Shown here one piece after another: positions 44,478-53,661 of a DNA stretch of 64,000 nt. Positions within the stretch are counted from its first letter, which is position 1. Every line of letters begins with the position of its first letter. The notes beneath the pieces were generated by a model. It was not told the origin of the DNA. It made no database searches and saw nothing but the letters and a program-made list of their open reading frames with translations. The position numbers and the translations under genes were made by a program. Source of the DNA: Acidobacteriota bacterium (GTDB lineage: Bacteria; Acidobacteriota; Thermoanaerobaculia; Multivoradales; J023); contig JBCDIS010000006.1 in assembly GCA_038748685.1 (NCBI GenBank), forward strand, positions 5,185 to 69,184. Reading direction: 5' to 3'.

Positions 44478-44553
44478 CGGCAACCTTCGCCCCGTTCCGG
44501 GGCTCCCACCCAGATTTGCCGCCAGATCCCACGACCAAGAAGGGCACTTTGCC

Positions 44554-44688
44554 GTGAAGCGTACGTTCCAACCGAATAACCGCCGCCGTAAGAAGACCCA
44601 CGGCTTCCGGACCCGCATGCGTACTCGGCAGGGCCGCGCCATCCTTTCCCGCCGTCGCCGCAAAGGCCGTAAGCGCCTGAGTGTGTGA
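44554..44688 (+). CDS. rpmH: 50S ribosomal protein L34
   Basis: [24 protein letters not shown]...RRRKGRKRL. Confidence 0.98.
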   Translation: MKRTFQPNNRRRKKTHGFRTRMRTRQGRAILSRRRRKGRKRLSV

Positions 44689-45161
44689 CCGTGGCTGGGC
44701 CGTCCCCATCCGAGGGTGAGGGCCCAACCCAGGGCGAGGCTCGGGATGATCGAACTCGCCAGAGTCTGAGGTCGGAGCACAAGGTCCGACGCAGAGCCGA
44801 CTACCTTCGCTGCTATCGCCGCGGGCGGAAACGGCACGGCTCCCTCGCTACGGTTCACTTCCATCCGAATCTAGAGGAAATCCCCCGCCTCGGGATTACC
44901 GCCAGCCGGAAGGTTGGAAAAGCGGTGGTGCGCCAGCGCGCCAAGCGGCGAATTCGCGAAATTTTCCGCCGCTGGCCGGGCCGCCCAACCCTCGCTGGAA
45001 TCGACATCGTGGTCCACCTGAAGCCCACCGTCGTCGACGCTCCCTTCTCGGTCATCGAGGCCGAGATCCAGAGGCTGCTCTTGTCCTTGCCCTCGAAGAC
45101 GAGCGCGGGACCTCGAACCCGTGGATCGCGGACGCTGGGCGATGCCCGCCCCCGTCGGTGA
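44685..45161 (+). CDS. rnpA: Ribonuclease P protein component
   Basis: [25 protein letters not shown] (RNR-like motif), DIVV; follows rpmH. Confidence 0.93.
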   Translation: MTVAGPSPSEGEGPTQGEARDDRTRQSLRSEHKVRRRADYLRCYRRGRKRHGSLATVHFHPNLEEIPRLGITASRKVGKAVVRQRAKRRIREIFRRWPGRPTLAGIDIVVHLKPTVVDAPFSVIEAEIQRLLLSLPSKTSAGPRTRGSRTLGDARPRR

Positions 45162-45169
45162 ATGAATAG

Positions 45170-45382
45170 ATGCCTACGGGATCCGTACTCGCCCGGAGCA
45201 TGGTCGCTTACAAGCGATATGTTTCGCCGCTGCTACCGAGGTCCTGCCGCTTCTCGCCGACCTGCTCTGAATACGCCCGGCTGGCTTTCCTGGAACACGG
45301 GGCCCTGCGCGGCGGCTGGCTCACCTTACGCCGCCTTGCGCGCTGCCACCCTTTCCACCCGGGTGGAATCGACCTTCCCTGA
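45170..45382 (+). CDS. yidD: Membrane protein insertion efficiency factor YidD
   Basis: Y...[20 protein letters not shown]. Confidence 0.95.
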   Translation: MPTGSVLARSMVAYKRYVSPLLPRSCRFSPTCSEYARLAFLEHGALRGGWLTLRRLARCHPFHPGGIDLP

Positions 45383-45407
45383 CTCTTGATCGAGAGAGGT
45401 TCGTTCT

Positions 45408-47153
45408 GTGGAGAATCGTCGTCTGCTCCTCGCCGCGTTCCTATCGGTGCTGATTGTCATCGGTTGGAGTTACCTGTTCCCTGCACCCCCCGTCGCCCCT
45501 CCTACCCCAATCGGAGAGTCTGCGCCCCTTACCTCCCCCGAGGGCGATTCCCCGGGCGACACGGCGGGCACGCCGGAGGCGAACCCCCGAGCCCCCGGAG
45601 AGGGCGAAGACAGTGGGGAGGTCGCAGCCGCCGCGGAAACAGAATCTGAACCGGCGCCCCTGGAGATCGTCCAGGCGGAATCGGAAGAAAGAATCACGCT
45701 GGAAGACAATCGCATGCGCGCCGTGTTCACGAACCGCGGCGCGCAGTTGGTCAGCTATCAAACCAAAGAGCACCTGGGGAAGTCCGGGGAACCGCTGGAG
45801 TTGATCCGCGCCCGGGGTTCCGATCTATATCCCTTTGCGATCCTCGAAGGGGAGGGGGGTTCCCGTCTCAACACGGCGCTCTTCGTCGCGGAACATGGGC
45901 AGGACGATGAAGGGCGACCTTGGGTGACGTTTCGCCACTCCAGCGAAGCGGGGGTGGCGGAGAAGTCCTTCCGCTGGGACGATCGCGGTTTCTTCGATTC
46001 GACCCTGGAGGTCGGCGGCCAGGTAAGGGATTGGGGATTCCTGCTCGGCCCGGGCATCAATGACGAGCCGGCGCAGGGTGCCTACGGTACAGGCGCTTCC
46101 CTCCGCGCCGCCGGCTACCTTCGGAGTGGCGAGTCCGAGACCCTTGTCGCGGGGGACGTCGAAGAGGAGGTCTTCCTTTCGGCTAGGGGACTCGACTGGG
46201 TGACCCTGGAAGACAACTACTTCCTGGTGGGTACGGTGCCGAAGACCGGCGTCGCCGAGATCCTGGTCCGGCCGGTGCTTCAGCGACCGGAGCTCTCTGA
46301 GGATCGGCCGCGGTTCCTCCCCGTCGACACTTCGTCCCAGGAAGATGATCTCGTCGCCGAGCTCCTGCTTCTGGTGAAAGCCGCCGAACCGAAGATCGAG
46401 ATCACCTCCTACTTTGGCGCCAAGCAGTACAGCTATCTGACCCAGCTTCCGTATGACTTCGAAGAATCGGTGAGGTGGGGCGCCCTCGGTTTTCTCTCCA
46501 AGCCCCTCTACCTGATTCTGGAGTGGATCCACACCAACTTCGTGCCGAACTACGGTTGGGCCATTGTCCTGGTGACATTCCTGATCAAGCTGGTGTTCTT
46601 CCCCTTGACTCACAAGAGTCAGGAATCGATGGGGAAGATGCAGGAGTTGAACCCCAAGGTCCAGGCCATTCGGGCGAAGTACCGCTCCAAGCTCAAGGAC
46701 AAGCAGGGGCGTCCGAACATCGAAGCCCAGCGGCAGATGAACGAAGAGGTGATGGGGGTCTACAAGAGCGCCGGGGTGAATCCGGCGAGTGGCTGCCTGC
46801 CGATTCTGCTTCAGATGCCGGTATTCTTCGCCTTCTATCGATTGCTGACCACGGTGGTGGAGTTACGCGGAGCGCCTTGGCTGCTTTGGGTCCAAGATCT
46901 CTCCCAGCCGGATCCGTACTGGATCCTTCCCCTCGTCATGGGGGTGACGAGCCTGGCGATGCAGCGCATGATGCCTTCGTCACCGGATCCGATGCAGCGC
47001 CGCCTGATGCAGTTGATGCCGATCATGTTCACCGTGTTCGCCTTCACGTTCCCCAGCGGACTGGTGCTCTACTGGATGACCAACAATCTCCTGACGATGG
47101 TGCAGCAGGCGTTCATCTTGAGAAAGAAGGCCCGCAAGGCTGCATCTGAATGA
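45408..47153 (+). CDS. yidC: Membrane protein insertase YidC
   Basis: N-terminal TM, periplasmic domain, NYGWAI, GCLPILLQMP, PSGLVLYW. Confidence 0.96.
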   Translation: MENRRLLLAAFLSVLIVIGWSYLFPAPPVAPPTPIGESAPLTSPEGDSPGDTAGTPEANPRAPGEGEDSGEVAAAAETESEPAPLEIVQAESEERITLEDNRMRAVFTNRGAQLVSYQTKEHLGKSGEPLELIRARGSDLYPFAILEGEGGSRLNTALFVAEHGQDDEGRPWVTFRHSSEAGVAEKSFRWDDRGFFDSTLEVGGQVRDWGFLLGPGINDEPAQGAYGTGASLRAAGYLRSGESETLVAGDVEEEVFLSARGLDWVTLEDNYFLVGTVPKTGVAEILVRPVLQRPELSEDRPRFLPVDTSSQEDDLVAELLLLVKAAEPKIEITSYFGAKQYSYLTQLPYDFEESVRWGALGFLSKPLYLILEWIHTNFVPNYGWAIVLVTFLIKLVFFPLTHKSQESMGKMQELNPKVQAIRAKYRSKLKDKQGRPNIEAQRQMNEEVMGVYKSAGVNPASGCLPILLQMPVFFAFYRLLTTVVELRGAPWLLWVQDLSQPDPYWILPLVMGVTSLAMQRMMPSSPDPMQRRLMQLMPIMFTVFAFTFPSGLVLYWMTNNLLTMVQQAFILRKKARKAASE

Positions 47154-47277
47154 CATACTGCCAAGTCTCCACCCGGTCCCGATGACCGACCCAAACCCCG
47201 CGGGCATCGGCCCAGACACGACCTGCTCGCTCCCGAACAAAGGCGAGCCAGAATTCTAGGATTTCGGAGATCGATTC

Positions 47278-48156
47278 ATGCACCGACAGTTTTTTTCCGG
47301 TAAGTCCTTGGAGCAAGCGGTGATGGCCGCTGCCCGTCATTTCGGTGTCGAACCCGAGCAGGTCGCCTACAAGGCCCGTGACAAGAAGCACGGGTTCCTC
47401 AGCGCGCGGCGTCGGGTGGTGATCGAAGTCGATACGGCGAATCCGATCCTCACTGAGGAGCAGATCGCCGAGGCCGCGTCCCGCAAGGACGAGGCTGCGA
47501 CACCGGAGCCTCCCCAAAGGTCCTCAGAGCCCCGTCCCGAGTCGAGGCCGGCCCGTGCGCCAGAAAGGTCCGCGGATTCGCGGGCAGAGCCACCTCGGCA
47601 GAGGGACCGCCGGGATCGAGACGAGGCGTCCGAGGCGTCCAGCGACATCTTCGAAGTCCACTGGGATGATCTCGACATCGAGGCCTTCGAAGTGGACGAT
47701 GAGGTGGGTCCCCGGATCTCCGCTTTCGAGCATGCCGTCGATTTGACCCTGGATGTGATGGATCTTGAGATCGAGTACACCGTCTCCGACGGTGAGGTGG
47801 TGGAGATTGAGTTCGCTGGAGACGATCAGGATCTGCTTTTGGAGGATGACGGCAAGGTGCTCAAGGCTCTCGAGCACGTCCTTCCGAAGATCGTCAAGGG
47901 CTTGATTGGGGAAGCGATCCTTTGCAAGGCCGACTGCGAGGGGTTCCAGGCCCAGCATGAAGAAGATCTCAGAGAACTGGCGAACGAAGCGGCGGGCGAG
48001 GTTCGGCAGAACGGCAGGAGCCGTTTGTTGGCGCCGATGAATCCTTCAGATCGCCGGATCGTACACCTGGCCCTGGCGTCCGATCCGGACGTCGAGACGT
48101 TCAGCGAGGGACGGGGTTTCATGAAGCGCGTTCGTATCGCTCCCATCGACGAGTAG
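47278..48156 (+). CDS. jag: Jag/EloR/KhpB-family RNA-binding protein
   Basis: Jag_N (GKSLEQAV), degenerate KH, R3H motif PMNPSDRRIVH, SEG.G; follows yidC. Confidence 0.85.
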   Translation: MHRQFFSGKSLEQAVMAAARHFGVEPEQVAYKARDKKHGFLSARRRVVIEVDTANPILTEEQIAEAASRKDEAATPEPPQRSSEPRPESRPARAPERSADSRAEPPRQRDRRDRDEASEASSDIFEVHWDDLDIEAFEVDDEVGPRISAFEHAVDLTLDVMDLEIEYTVSDGEVVEIEFAGDDQDLLLEDDGKVLKALEHVLPKIVKGLIGEAILCKADCEGFQAQHEEDLRELANEAAGEVRQNGRSRLLAPMNPSDRRIVHLALASDPDVETFSEGRGFMKRVRIAPIDE

Positions 48157-48190
48157 AGGATCCGCGACGATATTGGGCGTCGTCACACGA

Positions 48191-48206
48191 CGTTTCACGT
48201 GAAACA
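48191..48206. promoter_or_regulatory. parS: parS centromere site
   Basis: CGTTTCACGTGAAACA, 15/16 match to consensus TGTTTCACGTGAAACA; ~0.9 kb from parA. Confidence 0.9.
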
Positions 48207-48240
48207 TGGCCGATGGATTCCCATCGGCCATGCTTGTTTT
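48205..48240 (+). terminator. Intrinsic terminator after jag
   Basis: Perfect 12-bp stem CATGGCCGATGG-ATTC-CCATCGGCCATG followed by CTTGTTTT. Confidence 0.75.
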
Positions 48241-48332
48241 GGTGAGAGTCATCCTGGATGGGAGGACTCTCTAGAACCGTCAGGATGAACAAGTCCGTCG
48301 ATTCCACCAGAACGCGAAGCAGAGGACCATAT

Positions 48333-48989
48333 ATGGGTAGTGCGCTGCCAGAGCTGACTATGAACGACTTCCGCGGACGTCTGGCGGAGGTGAGCGGACT
48401 CAGTCTCTCGCTGGAGATCACAACCGCGCTGTGGACCCACTATGAAGAGCTTCGTCGATGGAATCGAAGATTGTCCCTTGTCGGTCCGGGGACCGCATTA
48501 GAGGTGATCGAGCGACACTATGGGGAGTCCTTGCTGGGACTCGAATTCCTCGGATCCAAACCGGGAAATCTCGTCGATATTGGAAGCGGCGGCGGCTTTC
48601 CGGGAATCGTCCTTGCGACTGCTGCTTCCCATCTCAAGGTTACGCTCGTAGAGCCGAAGCAGAAGAAATGGGCCTTCCTGTCTACCTGCATTCGGCGATG
48701 TGGTTTATTGTCGTGCCAGGCGGTCAATGCTAGAGTCGAGCGCCCGTTCCCGCCCAACCTGCACCTGCCGAGCTCCATCGACTGGATCTCGGTACGGGCG
48801 CTAGTCGTACCTTCCGAGTTGTTCGAAGCTTTCTCCGAACACTCGCCGAATGCCCGATTCTTGGTTTGGTGCGGGAAGGATGATCCAGATTTGCCGACAG
48901 GATGGTCTGTAGACCGTGAGCTTCCTATCGACGCCAGTGCCCACCGAAGGGTCCTGGATATCGGATACCGTGCTCCGACCGTAGACTGA
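48333..48989 (+). CDS. rsmG: 16S rRNA m7G527 methyltransferase RsmG (GidB)
   Basis: WNRRLSL, HY.ESL, DIGSGGGFPG, LVE..KK..FL; upstream of parA; start inferred from AGAGGA. Confidence 0.85.
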   Translation: MGSALPELTMNDFRGRLAEVSGLSLSLEITTALWTHYEELRRWNRRLSLVGPGTALEVIERHYGESLLGLEFLGSKPGNLVDIGSGGGFPGIVLATAASHLKVTLVEPKQKKWAFLSTCIRRCGLLSCQAVNARVERPFPPNLHLPSSIDWISVRALVVPSELFEAFSEHSPNARFLVWCGKDDPDLPTGWSVDRELPIDASAHRRVLDIGYRAPTVD

Positions 48990-49100
48990 ACCGTCGAGTC
49001 CCGCCACCACCGATCGTCGAAGATCAAGGCCCGTAGCCAGCACTAGAACCCAGGGACCACGGCCATCGGGGTCCGCGAACCAAGAGGATCGAAAGCCTCC

Positions 49101-49883
49101 ATGGGCACCTTTATCGCGGTTGCGAATCAGAAGGGTGGGGTCGCCAAGACCACCACTTCCATCAACCTCTCGGCTGCGCTGGGAGCGCTGGAAAAGCGAG
49201 TGCTCCTGGTGGACTGTGATCCCCAGGGGAACGCCACGCGGGGTCTGGGCGTCGAAGCCCAAAGGCCCCATCTCTACCACCTGCTATCCGGAGAGTGTCG
49301 AGCGGAAGAGGCTATCGTCGAGACCGACTTTGCCGGGCTCAGCGTGCTTCCCTCAGACCGGGAGCTCGTGGGGGTCGAAGTGGAGTTTGTCGACGAGCCG
49401 GACTGGGAGTCGAAGCTTCGCCGCGTTCTCGGGGAGGTCCGGGATTCCTATGACTACGTCTTCTTTGACTGTCCGCCGTCCTTGGGACACTTGACCGTCA
49501 ACGCTTTGGCCGCGGCGGACGAGTTGCTCGTTCCCCTACAAACCGAATACTTCGCCCTGGAAGGCATCAGCGAGTTGGTGGCCACCGTCGCCCGGATCCA
49601 GGGTCGCCTCAATCCCGGGCTCGCCATCGGCGGTATCCTGCTCACCATGTACGACGAGCGGACCAATCTCTCCCAAGATGTTGCCGACGAGGTCAGGCGC
49701 CACTTCGGCGACAAGGTATTCGAAGTCGCCGTTCCGAGGAACATCCGGCTGGCGGAAGCCCCGAGTCACGGGGTACCCATTCTCCAGTACGATATCAAGA
49801 GCCGAGGGGCCGAAGCGTATCTAGCGGTCGCCAAGGAGTTTCTCGAACGAAGGATCCCGTCCGGCGGAACAGTTCGGGCGTGA
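49101..49883 (+). CDS. parA: Chromosome partitioning ATPase ParA/Soj
   Basis: NQKGGVAKTT, D.DPQGN, DCPPSLG, PLQTEYFALEG, IRLAEAPS. Confidence 0.96.
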   Translation: MGTFIAVANQKGGVAKTTTSINLSAALGALEKRVLLVDCDPQGNATRGLGVEAQRPHLYHLLSGECRAEEAIVETDFAGLSVLPSDRELVGVEVEFVDEPDWESKLRRVLGEVRDSYDYVFFDCPPSLGHLTVNALAAADELLVPLQTEYFALEGISELVATVARIQGRLNPGLAIGGILLTMYDERTNLSQDVADEVRRHFGDKVFEVAVPRNIRLAEAPSHGVPILQYDIKSRGAEAYLAVAKEFLERRIPSGGTVRA

Positions 49884-49905
49884 GCGACAGCAGGACGTAC
49901 GAGTC

Positions 49906-50790
49906 ATGAGTACGAAACGAAGAGGTCTCGGACGGGGACTCGACGCGCTTTTGGGCGGCGCGGAAGAAGCGAAACCCCAAGCGGTTCAGGATGGGGAGAG
50001 TCCCGGCATCCACACCCTCCCCATCGACAACCTAGAACCCAATCGCTTTCAGCCCCGCACAACGTTCGATGAATCGGGCCTGGAGGAGCTGTCGGAATCG
50101 ATCCGGAGCCAAGGCGTCGTTCAGCCGATAGTGGTGACGCCGAAGGGCAAGGATCGGTTCACGATCATCGCCGGCGAACGTCGGTGGCGGGCGTCCCGCA
50201 GAGCGGGCCTCACCGAAGTCCCGGTGGTCGTTCGGGAGGTGGACAACGATCAGCAGTTGCTCGAAATGGCGTTGGTGGAGAACATCCAGCGGGCTGATCT
50301 GAACGCCATCGAAGAGGCCGAGGCGTATAAGACCCTCAGTGAAACCTTCGACCTTTCTCAGGAAGACATCGCTGGAAGGGTGGGGAAGGGTCGGACCACC
50401 ATCACGAACTTCCTCCGCCTGCTTCGGCTTCCGCGGGAGGTGCAAGATCTGATGCGGGAGGGTCGGCTCACCGCCGGCCAGGCTCGGCCGCTGCTGGCGC
50501 TCCCAGATGAAAAGATCCAGATAGAGGTGGCGGAGAGGGCCGTTGCCGAAGGTTTGACGGCCCGGGATCTCGAAGCTCTGGCTTCTGGGCCCCGTGGAAA
50601 GGACGAAGGAAAGAAGGCCAAACCCAAAGAAGTGGACGTCCATACCCGGGACGCGATGGAGAAGCTGACGACCGCGCTGCAGACCAAGGTCGATATCGTG
50701 CGCAAGAAGAAGGGAGGCTCCTTGCGAATTCATTTCCACTCTGAAGACGAGCTGATTCGGCTGTACGAGATCTTGATGGCGGACCGCTAG
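49906..50790 (+). CDS. parB: Chromosome partitioning protein ParB/Spo0J
   Basis: LGRGLDAL, QPR, IIAGERRWRA, ENIQR.DL, HTH. Confidence 0.97.
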   Translation: MSTKRRGLGRGLDALLGGAEEAKPQAVQDGESPGIHTLPIDNLEPNRFQPRTTFDESGLEELSESIRSQGVVQPIVVTPKGKDRFTIIAGERRWRASRRAGLTEVPVVVREVDNDQQLLEMALVENIQRADLNAIEEAEAYKTLSETFDLSQEDIAGRVGKGRTTITNFLRLLRLPREVQDLMREGRLTAGQARPLLALPDEKIQIEVAERAVAEGLTARDLEALASGPRGKDEGKKAKPKEVDVHTRDAMEKLTTALQTKVDIVRKKKGGSLRIHFHSEDELIRLYEILMADR

Positions 50791-50825
50791 GATCTTCGGA
50801 AGTCGATAGCGAAGCGGAGTCGAAG

Positions 50826-51260
50826 ATGTTCAAAGGATCGAGCTCGAGCTCCCAAGGTGATCTCAATGGTTTCTTGGATGCAGGTAGCCATATCGAAGGC
50901 AAGCTGAAGTTCGAAGATACTTTCAGGGTTGATGGCAAAGTCACCGGCTCGGTGATTTCCGACGGCGACCTGATCGTCGGTGATCGGGGTGAGATCGACG
51001 GTGAGGTGAATGTTCGAAGGGTCTTCGTTTCAGGGATCGTGCGGGGTCAGCTTCGCGGGAAGGAAAAGGTCGAGATCACGGCGAGTGGGAAGGTCTGGGC
51101 CGATATCACCACGCCCCGTCTGATGATCGAAGAAGGGGCGCTCTTCGAGGGTCACTGCTCGATGGGCTCGGGCAAGGGAGCCAAGGCGAGTGCAGGAACC
51201 CCAGAGAAGGATCGCGAGTCGGAGGGGAAGATCGCTCGGATGCCGGGCATGAAAGGCTGA
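50826..51260 (+). CDS. Bactofilin (polymer-forming cytoskeletal protein)
   Basis: Beta-solenoid repeats (IEGKL, VDGKVTG, GEIDGEV), IEEGALFEG.C.M. Confidence 0.9.
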   Translation: MFKGSSSSSQGDLNGFLDAGSHIEGKLKFEDTFRVDGKVTGSVISDGDLIVGDRGEIDGEVNVRRVFVSGIVRGQLRGKEKVEITASGKVWADITTPRLMIEEGALFEGHCSMGSGKGAKASAGTPEKDRESEGKIARMPGMKG

Positions 51261-51419
51261 GGACACCTCCCGATAGAACAGAGCCCTATAAACGGAGACA
51301 TCTCTAGAAAAAAGGCATAGATCTCTGGGAACAGGGCATAATACTCTCCGAAATCGGAAGCGCCCAGAATTACGAAAATTCAGGACGTCTCGGGCAGATA
51401 CCCGTGAGTTTCGCTGAGA

Positions 51420-53192
51420 TTAGGGCTTCGGGGGCGGCGTAAACGTCTCGTACGACGGTACGAGGACCAGTGGCCGGCGAGCCAGGAAGGCGCTGCCGTA
51501 GAGGTCCGTCAGTACTCCGCCATCGAAATCCCTGGCAATGGGGTAGCCGAGACCGTAGAGGATCGTCGGCAGGACATCCACAAGCTCGGCGGAGCGAACC
51601 GACGCCCCCGGTTGGATCCCTTCCCCCAGGACCATCAGGACTCCGTCCGGCGCGTCCGACCAGTGTCCTTCCATGAGCGGGCGGCGAAGTAGACCTCTGA
51701 CGACCTTCCGCCAGCCCTGGTCACCGTGGACACCATGGGCCGAGACCACCACCAAGAGGCGGGGCTCGGGCATCGAGTCCCAAAGGTTGCTCAGGAACTC
51801 ATCGAGATGTCCATAGTAGGCCTCCACCAGCCTTGAGGCTTCGACCGACTCGGCCTCCTGCACGGCCTCGAACTGAACCGCCGAGTAGCCACCGAAATAG
51901 TCGTGGGAGACGATCTCGAGCCCTGGAAGCTGAAGGAATAGGCCGTCGATGGGGGGATCCCGATCGAGGAGGAAGAACGCCAGGTCCTGACGCCAGAGAT
52001 CGGCGGCCAGCGCCTCGAGGACCCTTTGCGGGGGGGCGGCGCCGAACCGGGCGGTCACCACCGGGTCGATGGCGTCGGGCCTGGGGCGGAAGAGACGGGC
52101 CCGTTGGGCCATGTCCAAGGGGGCCGCTTCCTGGGCATCGGATCCCCCGGTGAAGAAATGATTGGACAGGACAACGTCGACGCCGTCGGGAGGAGGGGAC
52201 GTCGCCGGCCAGCCCACGAGGGCGGTGGACATCCCTAACTGGGACAGGACCTGCCAGATCGGTAGCGCCCTCAGATCCTGACTCTCCACCGGCCGACTTG
52301 CTCCGAGGGTGCCCCACTGCTCGAAGGAAATGCCGATGGGTAGAAGGCTGATCTGGTGTCGGCGGGGGCTCAGGAACGAGGCGTCGTAGAGAAACTCCCC
52401 GACGATCCCGTGGTTGTAGGGCTGTTTTCCGGTGGCCAGAGTGGTCCAGAGGGGTGAGCGGACCGCGGGCCGTAGGGAGAGGAGTCGGGCTTGGGCGCCT
52501 TCGTTCAGCATCTTGCTGAAGAATGGCAATCGCCCCTGTTCGGCGAGGGGGAGGACTGCGTCGAACGTCGCGGTTTCGATGCCGACGACGCTGAGCATCG
52601 GTCGACCCGCCCCCTCGAACGTCGTGGCCCGGGGGGTTGGCTCGATCCGGGGACGAAAAGCCTCCCGCCTTTCCACCACCACGTAGACGGTGGCCAACGT
52701 CACGAGGGTGAAGACCAGGCGCCCCCGACGGCCGTAGGGACGTCGCCGGAACAGATGCCAGATAACCGTGTAGAAGCAGATCAGCGCACCGAGGCTGAGC
52801 CAGATGGCAGCCTTCAAGAGACGCTTGATGATGCCTGGGGGCAGAAACGAACCCAGGTTGAAGGTATATGCGTTGGCCCAGAATCCCAGCGCCGACATCA
52901 CCAGGGAGACCATCAGAAACACCGGCAGCCATCGCCGGAGGCGATCTTCACGGCCGCGGGTGAGGGGCAATAGCACCGCGAAGCTGAGGAGCCCCAAAAG
53001 GGACCCGTAGAACAGAGCCCCTCGGGAGAAGGTGATCAGATCAAAGGGTAGGTGGGGATTCAGAAAGAAGAGGACGCCTGCGACCTGGGTGCCCGCCAGG
53101 AGGCCTGGGAGGAAGCAGGCGAGCACCGTGCGCGCAAACCGCCGCTCGGAGCGGCGGCGCGGAATCTTCACCTTCGATGTCGACAAGGCCAT
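51420..53192 (-). CDS. Membrane-anchored alkaline phosphatase/phosphodiesterase superfamily protein, possibly catalytically degenerate
   Basis: ~5 N-terminal TMs, then GIETAT, WTTLATG...HGI, VSAHG, DVLPTIL...DFDG. Confidence 0.75.
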   Translation of the reverse strand: MALSTSKVKIPRRRSERRFARTVLACFLPGLLAGTQVAGVLFFLNPHLPFDLITFSRGALFYGSLLGLLSFAVLLPLTRGREDRLRRWLPVFLMVSLVMSALGFWANAYTFNLGSFLPPGIIKRLLKAAIWLSLGALICFYTVIWHLFRRRPYGRRGRLVFTLVTLATVYVVVERREAFRPRIEPTPRATTFEGAGRPMLSVVGIETATFDAVLPLAEQGRLPFFSKMLNEGAQARLLSLRPAVRSPLWTTLATGKQPYNHGIVGEFLYDASFLSPRRHQISLLPIGISFEQWGTLGASRPVESQDLRALPIWQVLSQLGMSTALVGWPATSPPPDGVDVVLSNHFFTGGSDAQEAAPLDMAQRARLFRPRPDAIDPVVTARFGAAPPQRVLEALAADLWRQDLAFFLLDRDPPIDGLFLQLPGLEIVSHDYFGGYSAVQFEAVQEAESVEASRLVEAYYGHLDEFLSNLWDSMPEPRLLVVVSAHGVHGDQGWRKVVRGLLRRPLMEGHWSDAPDGVLMVLGEGIQPGASVRSAELVDVLPTILYGLGYPIARDFDGGVLTDLYGSAFLARRPLVLVPSYETFTPPPKP

Positions 53193-53249
53193 GGAGGAGG
53201 GCTGCGGGGCCCGCGGCGCAGGACCGCGGGTTGGAGCCGCGCCGCCGCG

Positions 53250-53609
53250 TCAGGTCAGGAAGATCTCGCGATCCATGTGGATCTTGACGTTCCAGGCGTA
53301 GTCGGTGATCAGCAGGTCGACGATGACCGTGTAGTTCACGTCGATGACGATGCGCTTGCCCTTCTTGACCTTGATGTTCTTACGCTCCACGGGCAACCCG
53401 AGGTCCTCCGCCCGGTCCTTGATCCGGCGCTCGAACCAGTCCGCCTTCTTTCGGGGGTTGTGGAGGGCAATCTCCTTCATGTAGTCCGTGAGCTCCATCT
53501 TTGCGACCTGGAGCGGAACGAACTTGTAGGCGGAAAATCCGATTGCAAAGGTCAACAGTACGTAGATGATGCAACCCAGCTTGCCTTCACCCTTGGCCAT
53601 CCGATTCAT
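53250..53609 (-). CDS. Small single-TM pilin-like protein (DUF4845-like)
   Basis: KGEG followed by a hydrophobic helix, then a small soluble domain; directly downstream of lepB genes. Confidence 0.55.
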   Translation of the reverse strand: MNRMAKGEGKLGCIIYVLLTFAIGFSAYKFVPLQVAKMELTDYMKEIALHNPRKKADWFERRIKDRAEDLGLPVERKNIKVKKGKRIVIDVNYTVIVDLLITDYAWNVKIHMDREIFLT

Positions 53610-53661
53610 AGGTCGTCTCCTCCTCGCTTTTCCTGTGATGCCGAGACTTTGGATTCGGCGA

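Noticed and set aside
47154-51419. Horizontally acquired island (visibly lower GC and more T-ending codons)
   Set aside because: It contains core jag-rsmG-parAB in the expected order with no mobility genes; the composition shift was judged by eye only
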